Below the pieces are notes generated by a model. That model was not told the origin of the DNA, did no database searches, and worked only from the letters and a program-made list of their open reading frames with translations. A DNA stretch of 64,000 nt from an uncultured Salinisphaerales bacterium (GTDB taxonomy: Bacteria; Pseudomonadota; Gammaproteobacteria; Nevskiales; CAJXLF01): positions 21,040 to 85,039 of the forward strand of contig CAJXLF010000010.1 in the NCBI GenBank assembly GCA_913055805.1, in the 5' to 3' direction. Below are positions 9,940 through 20,146 of this stretch, piece after piece (within the stretch, counting starts at the first letter, position 1; each line of letters opens with the position of its first letter). Both the position numbers and the translations under genes were made by a program.

Positions 9940-12270
9940 ATGCGTATTATCCCTGCACTTGTATTTTTGCTCCTGGTTCCCCGGGCTTTCGCCATCACCT
10001 TTGACAGTGACGCCTTTGGCGGCATTACCGGTTCATGGAATACCGCGGTTCAGCTCGGCGCGCAGTGGCGCCTGGAGGAACGCTCTGACGATCTGGTGGG
10101 CAAGGCCAATCTGAATCCCGATCTTTGCCCGGTTGCGCCCAACGGCGCAGGCACCAGTTGTCAGGGTCATCTGGACTATGTGAACCCGCTGCATCAGACC
10201 CTGGGGCTGAACAGTACTATCGGTGAAGGGCCTGGCGCCAACCAGGTCGCCATTAACGCACCCGGCCAGTTCTCGAATAACGCGGACGACGGCAACCTCA
10301 ACTACGACCGTGGCGATGTCACGCAGACCGTGGCGCGCATCACCTCCGACTTGCAGGTTGGATGGCGCGATTTCACCTTTTTCACGCGTGGCTATTTCTT
10401 TTACGACACGGAAAACCGTGGCCGGCCGGTGTTTCACCCCAATGCCGCTACCGAAGCCACGCTTGCGAGGCAGGATGGCCGTCGGCGTGGGTTCAAGGGC
10501 GATCCCGTCTATATTGCCCAAACCGATGAGGCCAAAGAACAGATTGGCACCGGGTTTCAGCTGCTGGATGCGAACCTGTCCGGTTATATTCCGTTCTTTG
10601 GTGATCGCGAACTGAGCTTCAAGATTGGCCGCCAGCCTATTAACTGGGGTGAGAGCACACTGCTGATCGTCAACTCTCTGAATACTTTCAATACCCCTAA
10701 TCTCAACAACCTGTACCGCCCCGCGTTCCTGGATCTGGCCGAGGTGCTGACACCCATTGGCGCCGTTCAGTTAAGCACCAGCGTCACCGAGAGTCTCTCT
10801 GCTGAAGCGTTCTATCAATACGATTGGGAGCCGGTGGAAATTCCGCCGCCCGGCGCTTATCTGTCAACGGTGGATGTAGGCTCGGACAACGCGGCAGACA
10901 AGATTTATCTTGGTTTCGGCAAGGTCGCCGAAAACCCCTTCCGTATCGGTATTGCCGACCAGATCATGTTGTCTGCAGTGGCGGATACCCATGGCGCTCC
11001 AACCCTGTTGCCTGAAAACCGGGCCGAGCGCGGGGGGCAGTACGGTCTGGCCCTGCGATATTTTGCCGACTGGCTGAACGACGGTACTGAAATCGGTTTC
11101 TATGCCGCCAATTACCACAGCCGTCTGCCTTATCTGAGTACCTACGCCGGTGAGTACAGCTGTCTTAACGGCCCCGGTGCGCCAACGCCGGCTGGCGAGG
11201 GCCTGACCAAGGATGTGACCGACACGGTCACGGTGGTGACCAGCTGTCCGGGTGCGGACGCAGCGCTGGTAGTGGAGTCGGCGCTGCCGGCCGCCATCGC
11301 GCCGCCGGTGCGGCAGCAGAATATCGGGCCCAACGGCGATGCCTTCCCGGCGGATACCATCAAGCTGCAGCTTGAGTATCCTGAAGACATCACGATGTAC
11401 GGCATCAGTTTCAACACCAGTTTTGGCGATCTGTCGATGCAGGGCGAAATCGCCTACCGGCCGGATGCGCCGCTGCAGGTGGACGATACCGACCTGGTGT
11501 TTGCGGCCTTGCAGAATACTTTCCCGCGCGGTAATGGCCGGGGTGATATCGAAGACCGGTTCGATATTGGCGTGCCCGGTGTAGGGGCGGTAGCCCAGTT
11601 GCCGGGCGCCCGTTATGCGGTGCCGGATTTCGTGTCCGCCTATCGCGGTCTTGATCCCCTGGCCTATGCGCCGGGGCAGCACATCCGCGGCTGGGAGTAC
11701 TTTGACACCTTCCAGTACAACATCGGTGGCACCTACATCATCGGCCCCAAGAACTGGGTCCTGGCAGATCAGATCATTACCTTCTTCGAGCTGGGCGCCA
11801 CGCATGTGCCCGACCTGCCGGGGCGGGACGAGCTACAGATCGAAGGTCCCGGGACCTTCACCCATGCCAGTGCAGGCACCGATGGCAGCGGCGCCAATGG
11901 CAGCCGTCAGTCCAATTCGGCAGTTATCGGACCCAGCGGTATCCGCTTCAATCCCCAGCAACAGACCGATGGTTTTGCCGATGATTTTTCCTGGGGCTAT
12001 CGTCTGATCGGCATCTTCCGTTATCCGAATGTATTGCCGGGTATCAGTCTTGAGCCAACGCTGATCTGGGCGCACGACGTGCGCGGTACGGCGCCGGGCC
12101 CGGGTGAAAACTTTGTTGAAGGACGCAAGAATTTCATAGCCAACGTCGAGGCCATTCTGCCGGATGGCTGGAGTACGACGGTCGGCTATGTCGGGTTCTA
12201 TGGCGCAGGTGAATACAACCTGCTGCGTGACCGCGACTTCATCCAGGTCGGGGTGCGTTACCGCTTCTAG
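9940..12270 (+). CDS. DUF1302 family outer-membrane protein
   Basis: ORF opens at 9886. ATG 9940 gives the signal peptide MRIIPALVFLLLVPRAFA (GTG 9898, after GGAGGAG, is an alternative). Long Gly/Asn/Tyr-rich beta-barrel-like sequence ending in ...VGVRYRF, an aromatic C-terminus typical of OMPs. The N-terminal WN.AVQLGAQWRLEERSDDL block recalls DUF1302. Confidence 0.85.
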   Translation: MRIIPALVFLLLVPRAFAITFDSDAFGGITGSWNTAVQLGAQWRLEERSDDLVGKANLNPDLCPVAPNGAGTSCQGHLDYVNPLHQTLGLNSTIGEGPGANQVAINAPGQFSNNADDGNLNYDRGDVTQTVARITSDLQVGWRDFTFFTRGYFFYDTENRGRPVFHPNAATEATLARQDGRRRGFKGDPVYIAQTDEAKEQIGTGFQLLDANLSGYIPFFGDRELSFKIGRQPINWGESTLLIVNSLNTFNTPNLNNLYRPAFLDLAEVLTPIGAVQLSTSVTESLSAEAFYQYDWEPVEIPPPGAYLSTVDVGSDNAADKIYLGFGKVAENPFRIGIADQIMLSAVADTHGAPTLLPENRAERGGQYGLALRYFADWLNDGTEIGFYAANYHSRLPYLSTYAGEYSCLNGPGAPTPAGEGLTKDVTDTVTVVTSCPGADAALVVESALPAAIAPPVRQQNIGPNGDAFPADTIKLQLEYPEDITMYGISFNTSFGDLSMQGEIAYRPDAPLQVDDTDLVFAALQNTFPRGNGRGDIEDRFDIGVPGVGAVAQLPGARYAVPDFVSAYRGLDPLAYAPGQHIRGWEYFDTFQYNIGGTYIIGPKNWVLADQIITFFELGATHVPDLPGRDELQIEGPGTFTHASAGTDGSGANGSRQSNSAVIGPSGIRFNPQQQTDGFADDFSWGYRLIGIFRYPNVLPGISLEPTLIWAHDVRGTAPGPGENFVEGRKNFIANVEAILPDGWSTTVGYVGFYGAGEYNLLRDRDFIQVGVRYRF

Positions 12271-12292
12271 CTGGCCGTGGTACATTCGCGGC

Positions 12293-12796
12293 ATGGCAAA
12301 TCCGCCCACTGACCCGCAACTTTCCCGCCTGGCCGAGCAAGTCGGCCAGGCATTTCTGCAACGGGGACTGACACTCGCCTGTGCCGAGTCCTGTACCGGC
12401 GGCTGGGTGGCGAAACTGGTGACCGAAGTGGCGGGCAGTTCCGCCTGGTTTGATCGGGGTTTTGTGACTTATTCCAATGCCGCCAAACAGGACATGCTGG
12501 ATGTGCCCGCAGAACTTATTGCCGCCGAAGGGGCGGTCAGCGAGGCCGTTGTAGCAGCCATGACCGCCGGCGCCCTGACGCACAGCCATGCAGACTGGAG
12601 TCTGGCGATCAGTGGTGTCGCGGGGCCTGACGGCGGCACCGCCTCCAAACCGGTGGGCACGGTCTGGCTGGCCTGGCAGTGCAGGGGCCGGCAGGCAGAT
12701 ACCCGCATGCAGGTTTTTGACGGTGATCGGGATGCCGTGCGGCGAACAGCCTGTCATGCTGTGTTGCAGGGTCTGCTGGCGCGTGTTGATACATGA
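12293..12796 (+). CDS. pncC: Nicotinamide-nucleotide amidohydrolase PncC / CinA C-terminal domain protein
   Basis: LTLACAESCTGGWVAKLVTEVAGSSAWFDRGFVTYSNAAK and ISGVAGPDGG motifs. Lies in the classical position upstream of recA. The start at ATG 12293 avoids overlap with the DUF1302 gene. Confidence 0.9.
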   Translation: MANPPTDPQLSRLAEQVGQAFLQRGLTLACAESCTGGWVAKLVTEVAGSSAWFDRGFVTYSNAAKQDMLDVPAELIAAEGAVSEAVVAAMTAGALTHSHADWSLAISGVAGPDGGTASKPVGTVWLAWQCRGRQADTRMQVFDGDRDAVRRTACHAVLQGLLARVDT

Positions 12797-12882
12797 TCCG
12801 CGTCTCAAGAAATAGCTTCCGTCCACTCGATAGTCATTAAAATTCATTCAATATCAAATATTTAATAGACTGTTGCGGCGAC

Positions 12883-12902
12883 TACTGTAATGTATTACAG
12901 TA
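12883..12902 (+). promoter_or_regulatory. LexA (SOS) box upstream of recA
   Basis: TACTGTAATGTATTACAGTA is a perfect CTGT-N8-ACAG palindrome of the gammaproteobacterial SOS box. It sits in an AT-rich promoter region. Confidence 0.85.
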
Positions 12903-13094
12903 TCGGCAGTGGTAGGCGATTGAATTCACAGGGGTCCATAGCCAGCGCTGCCAACAAGATTTATCTTTAGCTTGTCGGATCGCTGGCTGCTCATTGGGAG
13001 AGTTGCCATGATCATGAATGCACAGACTGCCGAAACCGAGATAGAAGAAAGCGTTTCACAGACACCCACTTCAGCAAGCAACGAGTTCAAAGTT

Positions 13095-14126
13095 ATGGAT
13101 GAAGACAAGAAAAAGGCATTGGCCGCGGCACTAACCCAGATCGAGCGCCAGTATGGCAAGGGCTCGGTAATGCGCATGGGCGACGGCCAGGCCGTGCGTG
13201 ATATTGAAACGATATCCACCGGTTCACTGGGCCTGGACATCGCGCTGGGTATCGGTGGGCTGCCCAAGGGCCGCGTGGTGGAAATCTACGGTCCGGAGTC
13301 TTCGGGCAAGACGACACTGACGCTGCAGGTGATTGCCGAAGCGCAGAAGATCGGCGGCGCCTGTGCCTTTGTTGATGCCGAGCATGCGCTGGACCCGGTC
13401 TACGCCGAAGCGCTGGGTGTGCAGATGGAAGATCTGCTGGTTTCCCAGCCAGATACGGGTGAGCAGGCGCTGGAAATCGCCGACATGCTGGTGCGCTCCA
13501 ATGCCATCGACGTGGTGGTGATTGACTCGGTGGCGGCGCTGACGCCCAAGGCCGAAATCGAAGGCGAAATGGGTGATTCCCATGTGGGTCTGCAGGCGCG
13601 TCTTATGTCCCAGGCGCTGCGCAAACTCACAGCCAATATCAAACGCTCGAATACGCTGGTGATTTTCATTAACCAGATTCGTATGAAGATCGGCGTCATG
13701 TTCGGCAACCCTGAAACCACGACAGGGGGTAACGCACTGAAGTTCTACAGTTCGGTGCGTCTGGATATTCGCCGTACGGGTGCCTTGAAGCGGGGTGACG
13801 AGGTGATTGGTAACGAAACCCGCGTCAAGGTCGTCAAGAACAAGGTGGCGCCGCCATTCCGGCAGGCCGAGTTCGAGATTCTCTACGGCGAAGGTATTTC
13901 ACGCGAGGGCGAAATTATCGACCTGGGTGTGGCTAACGGTCTGATCGAAAAGGCCGGCGCCTGGTACAGCTACGGCGATGAGCGTATCGGCCAGGGCAAG
14001 GACAATGCCCGTACCTGGCTCAAGGAAAATACCGAGGCAGCTGCCAAGATCGAAGCGGAACTGCGTGAAAAACTGTTACCCAGGAAACAGCGCGCCGCGG
14101 CTGAAGAAAGCGAGACCGAGGCATAA
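13095..14126 (+). CDS. recA: Recombinase RecA
   Basis: [30 protein letters not shown], Walker [11 protein letters not shown], and the [29 protein letters not shown] loop. An in-frame upstream ATG at 13008 with a strong SD is an alternative start (see findings). Confidence 0.97.
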   Translation: MDEDKKKALAAALTQIERQYGKGSVMRMGDGQAVRDIETISTGSLGLDIALGIGGLPKGRVVEIYGPESSGKTTLTLQVIAEAQKIGGACAFVDAEHALDPVYAEALGVQMEDLLVSQPDTGEQALEIADMLVRSNAIDVVVIDSVAALTPKAEIEGEMGDSHVGLQARLMSQALRKLTANIKRSNTLVIFINQIRMKIGVMFGNPETTTGGNALKFYSSVRLDIRRTGALKRGDEVIGNETRVKVVKNKVAPPFRQAEFEILYGEGISREGEIIDLGVANGLIEKAGAWYSYGDERIGQGKDNARTWLKENTEAAAKIEAELREKLLPRKQRAAAEESETEA

Positions 14127-14134
14127 GCCAGTCT

Positions 14135-14587
14135 TTGGCTGAGGCAGATTTAGCTCAGGTTCGTGCGCGTGCCATACGCCTGTTGGCGCGCCGCGAACAT
14201 AGCCGGCTGGAGCTGACTCGAAAGCTGCAGCAACGTGGGCTGGATTCCGGGCTGATTTCCGCGGCGCTGGATGATCTGGCGCAGGAAGGCCTGCAATCGG
14301 ATCAGCGGTATGCAGATTCCCTTATCAACAGTCGTATAGGGCGTGGTCAGGGACCACTGAAAATACGCGCCGAACTGAATCAGGGAGGCGTGGATGACGC
14401 CTTGGTGGAGGCCGCGCTGAAAGAGCAGTCGCCAGACTGGTCCGCGCTGGCATCACAGGTTCGCAGGCGGCGTTTCGGAGCTGAATTACCGGCCGCTTAC
14501 GAAGAAAAGGTCCGCCAGGCGCGGTTTCTCTCCGGCCGCGGTTTCGCCAGCGATACCATCTGGCAGGTCCTGGGCGGCGAAGAATAA
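14135..14587 (+). CDS. recX: RecA regulator RecX
   Basis: 150 aa starting 8 nt after recA (TTG start). RecX-like helical repeats are present (AIRLLARREHSRLELTRKLQQRG...). Confidence 0.9.
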   Translation: MAEADLAQVRARAIRLLARREHSRLELTRKLQQRGLDSGLISAALDDLAQEGLQSDQRYADSLINSRIGRGQGPLKIRAELNQGGVDDALVEAALKEQSPDWSALASQVRRRRFGAELPAAYEEKVRQARFLSGRGFASDTIWQVLGGEE

Positions 14588-14694
14588 ATACGCGCTTTGG
14601 CGGGTAGTTCCGGTGGGCGGGAAAGCTTTATCTGGCCTAGGGTTAAGGGGTTCGGTAACATAGCGCTCCTTTTGCCGATTTCCGACTTTTGCCG

Positions 14695-17298
14695 ATGACC
14701 AGCAGCAATGAACTCAGGGCCAGATTTCTGGCTTTTTTCGAACGCCAGGGCCACTCCGTGGTCGCCTCGAGTTCGCTGGTGCCTGGCAACGATCCCACGC
14801 TGTTGTTCACGAATGCCGGCATGGTGCCGTTCAAGGACGTCTTCCTGGGTCGGGAGAGCCGCCCCTATAGCCGTGCGACCAGTTCGCAGCGTTGCGTGCG
14901 TGCCGGTGGCAAGCATAATGACCTGGAGAACGTCGGCTATACAGCCCGCCACCACACGTTCTTCGAGATGCTGGGTAATTTCAGTTTCGGTGACTATTTC
15001 AAGCGTGAGGCCATTCAATTCGCCTGGCAGTTCCTGACCGAAGATCTGGGTCTTCCGGCAGAACGCCTGTGGATTACCGTATTCGAAGAGGATGAAGAGG
15101 CGGCGGATATCTGGCTCAAGGAAGTGGGTGTATCCGCAGAGCGCTTCTCACGTATCGGCGCCAAGGATAATTTCTGGTCCATGGGTGATACCGGCCCCTG
15201 TGGTCCATGCAGCGAGATTTTCTATGACCATGGCGAGGATATCGCCGGCGGCCCTCCCGGCACGCCCGAAGAAGATGGCGACCGCTATGTGGAGATTTGG
15301 AATCTGGTCTTCATGCAGTATGACCGGGCGGCCGACGGCACATTGAATCCACTGCCCAAGCCTTCCGTGGATACAGGTATGGGACTGGAACGTGTTGCGG
15401 CGGTTATGCAGGGTGTGCATAACAACTACGACATTGATCTGTTCAGGAGTCTGATAGCGGCTGCAGCCCGGGCAACGGGCGCAGAAGACCTGCAGGCCAA
15501 TTCCCTCAAGGTCATCGCCGACCATATCCGTTCCTGCGCTTTTCTGATTGCCGACGGGGTGTTGCCGAGCAACGAGGGCAGGGGCTATGTATTACGCCGC
15601 ATCATGCGGCGTGCCATCCGTCACGGTTACAAACTGGGTCAGAAGCAGGCCTTTTTTCATGAACTGGTGACTCCGCTGGTGACTGAAATGGGCGATGCTT
15701 ACCCTGAACTGGTGGACAATCAGGCGCATGTGGAAAAAGTGATCCGGCAGGAGGAAATTCGCTTCGCTGAAACCCTGGATCAGGGTATGCGTTTGCTGGA
15801 AGCTGCTATTGATGATGTAGCCGACAAGATGATTCCGGGTGACGTGGTATTCAAGCTCTATGATACCTATGGCTTTCCGGTTGACCTCACTGCTGACGTG
15901 GCCCGCGAGCGGGCACTTGATATCGACTTCGCCGGCTTCGAGGCCTGTATGGCTGAGCAGCGAGAACGCGCACGCGGCGCCAGCCAGTTCAAGGCTGATT
16001 ATCACGATAATGCCGGTATAGAGGCCGAAACCGAATTTACAGGCTATGAGCAGATCGGTCATCAGGCCACTGTCGTTGCCTTGTTGCGGGACGGGCAATC
16101 GGTAGAAAGCCTGCAGGCTGGTGACGCGGGGGCTGTGGTTCTGGATGCCAGTCCGTTCTATGCCGAGTCCGGTGGTCAGGTGGGAGACACCGGCGAATTG
16201 GTCGGAGAAGGCCTGCTCTTCCGGGTGGATGACACTCAAAAGCAGGCTGGACTGCATGCGCACATCGGCCAGCTTGTCTCGGGGGAACTGGCCGTCGGCG
16301 CATCTGTGGGAGCCCGCATTGATGAAGCGCGGCGCTCCGACGTGATCCGTAACCATTCGGCCACCCATTTGCTGCATGCCGTGCTCCGGGAGGTTCTCGG
16401 TACCCACGTCACGCAGAAGGGATCACTGGTCGCCCCGGAACGTCTGCGTTTCGACTTTTCCCATTATGAGCCCCTGACCGCAGAGCAGCTTCAGCGTATC
16501 GAAGACCAGGTCAACGTCGATGTGCTGGCCAATGTCAGGGCCGAAGCCAGTCTCATGAGCTATGACGACGCTATTGCATCCGGCGCCATGGCGTTATTCG
16601 GCGAAAAATACGGTGACGAAGTGCGTGTGATGCGCTTTGGTGATTTTTCCACTGAACTTTGTGGTGGTACGCACGTCCGGCGTACGGGTGATATCGGGCT
16701 CTTCAAGATTATTGCGGAGGGCGGTATTGCCTCCGGTGTCAGGCGCATTGAGGCAGTGACTGGTCTCGGTGCATTGCAATGGGTACGTCAGAGCGACGAG
16801 CGTTTGCAAGCAGTCAGTGAACGGCTGAAAACCAGCCGTGATGATGTGGTTGGCAAGGTTGAGCAATTGGCGGAACGTGGCCGGCAGCTCGAAAAGGAAC
16901 TCGAGAATCTCAAGCGCAAGCTGGCCAGCAGTCAGGGCGGAGATCTGGCCGAACAGGCAAAAGAAATCGCCGGGGTCCAGGTCCTGTCTGCCCGGTTGGA
17001 TGGCATGGACGGCAAGGCGCTGCGCGATGCCATGGACCAGCTCAAGAACAAGCTGGGCACCGCAGTGATCGTTTTGGGCGCTGCCAATGAGGGCAAGGTG
17101 GCCTTGGTCGCTGGTGTCACCAAGGATCGTACCGACGCCGTGAAGGCCGGTGAGCTGATTGCCTATGTGGCCGAGCAGGTAGGGGGCCGAGGTGGTGGTC
17201 GGCCGGACATGGCGCAAGCTGGCGGCCAGCAACCGGAAAATCTGGATGCAGCACTGGCCAGTGTCGTTCCCTGGGTGGAGCAGAAGCTGGGTGTCTAG
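14695..17298 (+). CDS. alaS: Alanine--tRNA ligase
   Basis: [44 protein letters not shown], editing-domain HSATHLLH, and a C-terminal DHHA1-like region. ATG 14695 is preferred over TTG 14689. Confidence 0.97.
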   Translation: MTSSNELRARFLAFFERQGHSVVASSSLVPGNDPTLLFTNAGMVPFKDVFLGRESRPYSRATSSQRCVRAGGKHNDLENVGYTARHHTFFEMLGNFSFGDYFKREAIQFAWQFLTEDLGLPAERLWITVFEEDEEAADIWLKEVGVSAERFSRIGAKDNFWSMGDTGPCGPCSEIFYDHGEDIAGGPPGTPEEDGDRYVEIWNLVFMQYDRAADGTLNPLPKPSVDTGMGLERVAAVMQGVHNNYDIDLFRSLIAAAARATGAEDLQANSLKVIADHIRSCAFLIADGVLPSNEGRGYVLRRIMRRAIRHGYKLGQKQAFFHELVTPLVTEMGDAYPELVDNQAHVEKVIRQEEIRFAETLDQGMRLLEAAIDDVADKMIPGDVVFKLYDTYGFPVDLTADVARERALDIDFAGFEACMAEQRERARGASQFKADYHDNAGIEAETEFTGYEQIGHQATVVALLRDGQSVESLQAGDAGAVVLDASPFYAESGGQVGDTGELVGEGLLFRVDDTQKQAGLHAHIGQLVSGELAVGASVGARIDEARRSDVIRNHSATHLLHAVLREVLGTHVTQKGSLVAPERLRFDFSHYEPLTAEQLQRIEDQVNVDVLANVRAEASLMSYDDAIASGAMALFGEKYGDEVRVMRFGDFSTELCGGTHVRRTGDIGLFKIIAEGGIASGVRRIEAVTGLGALQWVRQSDERLQAVSERLKTSRDDVVGKVEQLAERGRQLEKELENLKRKLASSQGGDLAEQAKEIAGVQVLSARLDGMDGKALRDAMDQLKNKLGTAVIVLGAANEGKVALVAGVTKDRTDAVKAGELIAYVAEQVGGRGGGRPDMAQAGGQQPENLDAALASVVPWVEQKLGV

Positions 17299-17418
17299 CT
17301 GCCTGGCAGAGCCCGGCCGGAAAGACGCCAGGTCTCCAATGGTTTACAATGCGCCGCTTTTTCCCGCCAGGGAAAGACATCTCGAAAAATCCAAACCCGG
17401 CGCTCAGGCGCAAGAAAC

Positions 17419-18639
17419 ATGGCATTGTACGTCCAGAAATTCGGCGGCACTTCCGTAGGCAGTGTCGAACGTATCCAAGCTGTCGCAGCCAAGGTCAAAC
17501 AGTGGCGCGAGCAGGGGCACGATATCGTGGTGGTGGTTTCGGCCATGTCCGGTGAAACCAATCGCCTGATTGAGCTGGCCCAGCAAATCAGCTCCAAACC
17601 GCTTCCCCGCGAATATGATGTGCTGGTCTCCACCGGTGAGCAGGTGACCATATCCCTGCTTAGCATGGCCCTGCATGAAATCGGCCAACCGGCGCGTTCC
17701 TATACCGGCGCCCAGGTGGCCATTCACACCGATAGCGCTTACAACAAGGCCCGTATCGAGAAAATTGATACCGAGCGTATGCGTGCGGATCTCGATGAAG
17801 GCCGGGTTGTGATTGTCGCCGGCTTCCAGGGCATTGATGACGGGGGCAATATCACCACTCTCGGTCGTGGCGGTTCGGATACCACTGCGGTGGCGCTGGC
17901 GGCTGCCCTGAAGGCGGATGAATGCCAGATCTATACCGACGTGGATGGTGTTTATACCACCGACCCGCGCGTGGTTTCCGATGCGCGCCGCCTGGAAAAA
18001 ATCACCTTCGAGGAAATGCTGGAAATGGCCAGCCAGGGCTCGAAGGTATTACAGATTCGTTCCGTGGAATTCGCGGGCAAATACAACGTACCGCTGCGCG
18101 TGCTGTCCAGTTTCCAGGACGGCCCCGGCACACTGATTACCATGGAGGAAAACGCCGTGGAAGAAGCGCTTATTTCAGGTATCGCATTCAATCGTGATGA
18201 AGCCCAACTGACCGTGCAGGGCGTTCCGGATCGCCCTGGTATTGCCTATTCCATATTGGGGCCGATTGGCGATGCCAATATCGAAGTCGACATGATCGTG
18301 CAGAACGTGGGTTCAGACGATACCACTGACTTCACCTTTACCGTGCATCGTAACGACTACGAGAAGGCCTATGAGCTGTTGAATGCGGTTGCGACCGGAT
18401 TGGGTGCCCGCAAGGTGGAAGGTTCGACCTCTATCTGCAAGATATCCATGGTGGGCGTGGGCATGCGTTCCCATGCCGGCATTGCTGCTAAAATGTTTGA
18501 AGTGCTGGCAAATGAAGGCATTAATATACGCATGATCTCCACTTCGGAGATCAAGATTGCCGTGGTTGTGGATGACAAGTATCTGGAGCTGGCTGTCCGC
18601 GCCTTGCATCAGGCCTTTGATTTGGGCAACACTGACTAA
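17419..18639 (+). CDS. lysC: Aspartate kinase
   Basis: MALYVQKFGGTSVGS N-terminus, GRGGSDTTAVALAAAL, and two C-terminal ACT-like repeats. Confidence 0.95.
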   Translation: MALYVQKFGGTSVGSVERIQAVAAKVKQWREQGHDIVVVVSAMSGETNRLIELAQQISSKPLPREYDVLVSTGEQVTISLLSMALHEIGQPARSYTGAQVAIHTDSAYNKARIEKIDTERMRADLDEGRVVIVAGFQGIDDGGNITTLGRGGSDTTAVALAAALKADECQIYTDVDGVYTTDPRVVSDARRLEKITFEEMLEMASQGSKVLQIRSVEFAGKYNVPLRVLSSFQDGPGTLITMEENAVEEALISGIAFNRDEAQLTVQGVPDRPGIAYSILGPIGDANIEVDMIVQNVGSDDTTDFTFTVHRNDYEKAYELLNAVATGLGARKVEGSTSICKISMVGVGMRSHAGIAAKMFEVLANEGINIRMISTSEIKIAVVVDDKYLELAVRALHQAFDLGNTD

Positions 18640-18725
18640 ACATAACGATATTTTGGAGAACAGCACGTTCAAGTTGGCGCCAAGGAAGGTAGCGTCGGTT
18701 TGAATGTATAAGGCGGAGGGAAGCC

Positions 18726-18938
18726 ATGCTAATTCTTACACGACGCGTAGGGGAGTCGGTCGTGATCGGTGATGAAATCACCGTGACCGTGTTGGGGGTG
18801 AAGGGCAATCAGGTTCGTCTCGGGGTTAATGCCCCGCGCAATGTTGCCGTACATCGTGAGGAAATCTACAAGCGGATTTGTGCCGAGGGCGCCGAAGACG
18901 AAGATCTGGGCGACTCTCAAACCGGCACCATCGGCTAA
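18726..18938 (+). CDS. csrA: Carbon storage regulator CsrA/RsmA
   Basis: [51 protein letters not shown] motifs overlap its own SD (AAGGCGGAGGGAAGCC-ATG). Confidence 0.95.
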   Translation: MLILTRRVGESVVIGDEITVTVLGVKGNQVRLGVNAPRNVAVHREEIYKRICAEGAEDEDLGDSQTGTIG

Positions 18939-19003
18939 GCGCTTTACCCGTAAAGCGACAGCCGCTATCCTAGCCGCCCTTATCGGGTTGGCAATAACCT
19001 GTC

Positions 19004-19026
19004 CGGAGAGATGGCCGAGTGGCTGA
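19004..19026 (+). repeat. Orphan duplicate of the first 22 nt of tRNA-Ser (acceptor 5' strand plus D-arm 5' part); not a functional tRNA
   Basis: CGGAGAGATGGCCGAGTGGCTGA is identical to 19160-19182. After GGCTGA the sequence diverges. There is no D-stem closure, no T-arm and no 3' acceptor strand. Confidence 0.7.
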
Positions 19027-19160
19027 CCGATTCGTCTGGAACGAATCGGGACCGCGTGAGCGGGCCCCGAAGGGGCGAGTCTCATGACGAGACGAGCAAG
19101 GCGCATCCCAGGGAGCGCTGATGCCATAGCGTATAGAAATGGCAAGTACAATCAGATTTC

Positions 19161-19253
19161 GGAGAGATGGCCGAGTGGCTGAAGGCGCTCCCCTGCTAAG
19201 GGAGTATGGGGTTTATAGCCTCATCGAGGGTTCGAATCCCTCTCTCTCCGCCA
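19161..19253 (+). tRNA. tRNA-Ser (anticodon GCT), class II with long variable arm, CCA encoded
   Basis: GGAGAGA acceptor; GCC/GGC D-stem; anticodon arm CTCCC-CTGCTAA-GGGAG; long variable arm; T-arm GAGGG-TTCGAAT-CCCTC; TCTCTCC-G-CCA. Confidence 0.95.
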
Positions 19254-19260
19254 ACTAGTA

Positions 19261-19300
19261 AGGTCTCTGCCAGTGGACGCTGGCAGAGACCTTTTTCTTT
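19261..19300 (+). terminator. Rho-independent terminator after tRNA-Ser
   Basis: 13-bp perfect stem AGGTCTCTGCCAG / CTGGCAGAGACCT with a 6-nt loop, followed by TTTTTCTTT. Confidence 0.9.
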
Positions 19301-19658
19301 CCCCTGAATTAAAGACCTGCTCTATCAAAGAGGTTTTCTAACCTCACCGAAGGTGGAGATTTTCGGCGCAAAAACCTTATAAAGCGGCCTCAGTCTTTGC
19401 AGCGGAAATGCGGGTCGGGTTACAAACTTTCCAAACTTCAAACAGGCAACCAATTCCTATTGTCCGCTCCAATAGATGCGCATCGTTTGCTTTTCAGCGC
19501 GTATCGACCCTCGACGACCCAGCTTAATAAATACGACAGTTGGCTTGATCCTGTGCATGGTGATTCGTATCCGTTCAGTCGGATTGGTATACGCTGTCCG
19601 ACCGGTTAATTTTTTGGCACAGTGGTAAAGCGAGACAGCCTGGTAGGAGGAGAGGGGT

Positions 19659-20132
19659 ATGGATCAGCGATCACGACGCATGATTGGGCATGGCGCAATA
19701 GTCATGGTATTTGGCCTGCTGGCCGGTTTTGGTCTGGTGATGAGCCTGATCGGTGGTTTTGAAATCTATCCGGGCAAGATTCTCAGCTTCGAGTTGCCAG
19801 GTGATGGCAGCGCCTGGGCGCGCACCCATGTCGGGGGTCTGATGAATGGCCTGATGGTGATGGTTGGCGCACTGGTCATACATGCCATGCAGATTCCGGA
19901 GCGTGCGGCGCGCTCGTTGTGCTGGATGCTGGTCGGCGCGGGTTATGCCAATACCATTTTCTATTGGGCTGGCATGCTGGCGCCGAGTCGGGCGCTGACC
20001 TTCGGCGCCAATCGTCTGGGTGAGAGCAATCTGGCCGGTGTGCTCGGCCTGTTGCCGGCATTTCTGTTTGCCTTTGTGACGCTCGCGGCCATGCTCATCA
20101 TCCTGCGGCATGCATTCCGGGCAGATGAATAA
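19659..20132 (+). CDS. Styrene-oxide-isomerase (StyC/SOI)-like integral membrane protein
   Basis: 157 aa, about 4 TM helices, with a strong RBS (GGAGGAGAGGGGT-ATG). It is collinear with my recollection of Pseudomonas StyC (GHG..M.F, GL.M.L.GGFEI.PG, WAR.H.G...NG, G.AN..FY, LTFG.N). His57/Asn63/Tyr102 correspond to StyC His58/Asn64/Tyr103. Confidence 0.75.
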   Translation: MDQRSRRMIGHGAIVMVFGLLAGFGLVMSLIGGFEIYPGKILSFELPGDGSAWARTHVGGLMNGLMVMVGALVIHAMQIPERAARSLCWMLVGAGYANTIFYWAGMLAPSRALTFGANRLGESNLAGVLGLLPAFLFAFVTLAAMLIILRHAFRADE

Positions 20133-20146
20133 GCCTGGTTAATACG

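Noticed and set aside
18940-18957. Hairpin CGCTTTA-CCCG-TAAAGCG right after the csrA stop as a terminator
   Set aside because: No U-tract follows, and tRNA-Ser downstream is plausibly co-transcribed. Not called as a terminator.
19397-19609. 70-aa ORF in the spacer between tRNA-Ser and the SOI-like gene
   Set aside because: It has a TTG start without an RBS, low third-position GC, and no recognisable features. It is more likely non-coding leader or promoter DNA of the islet.
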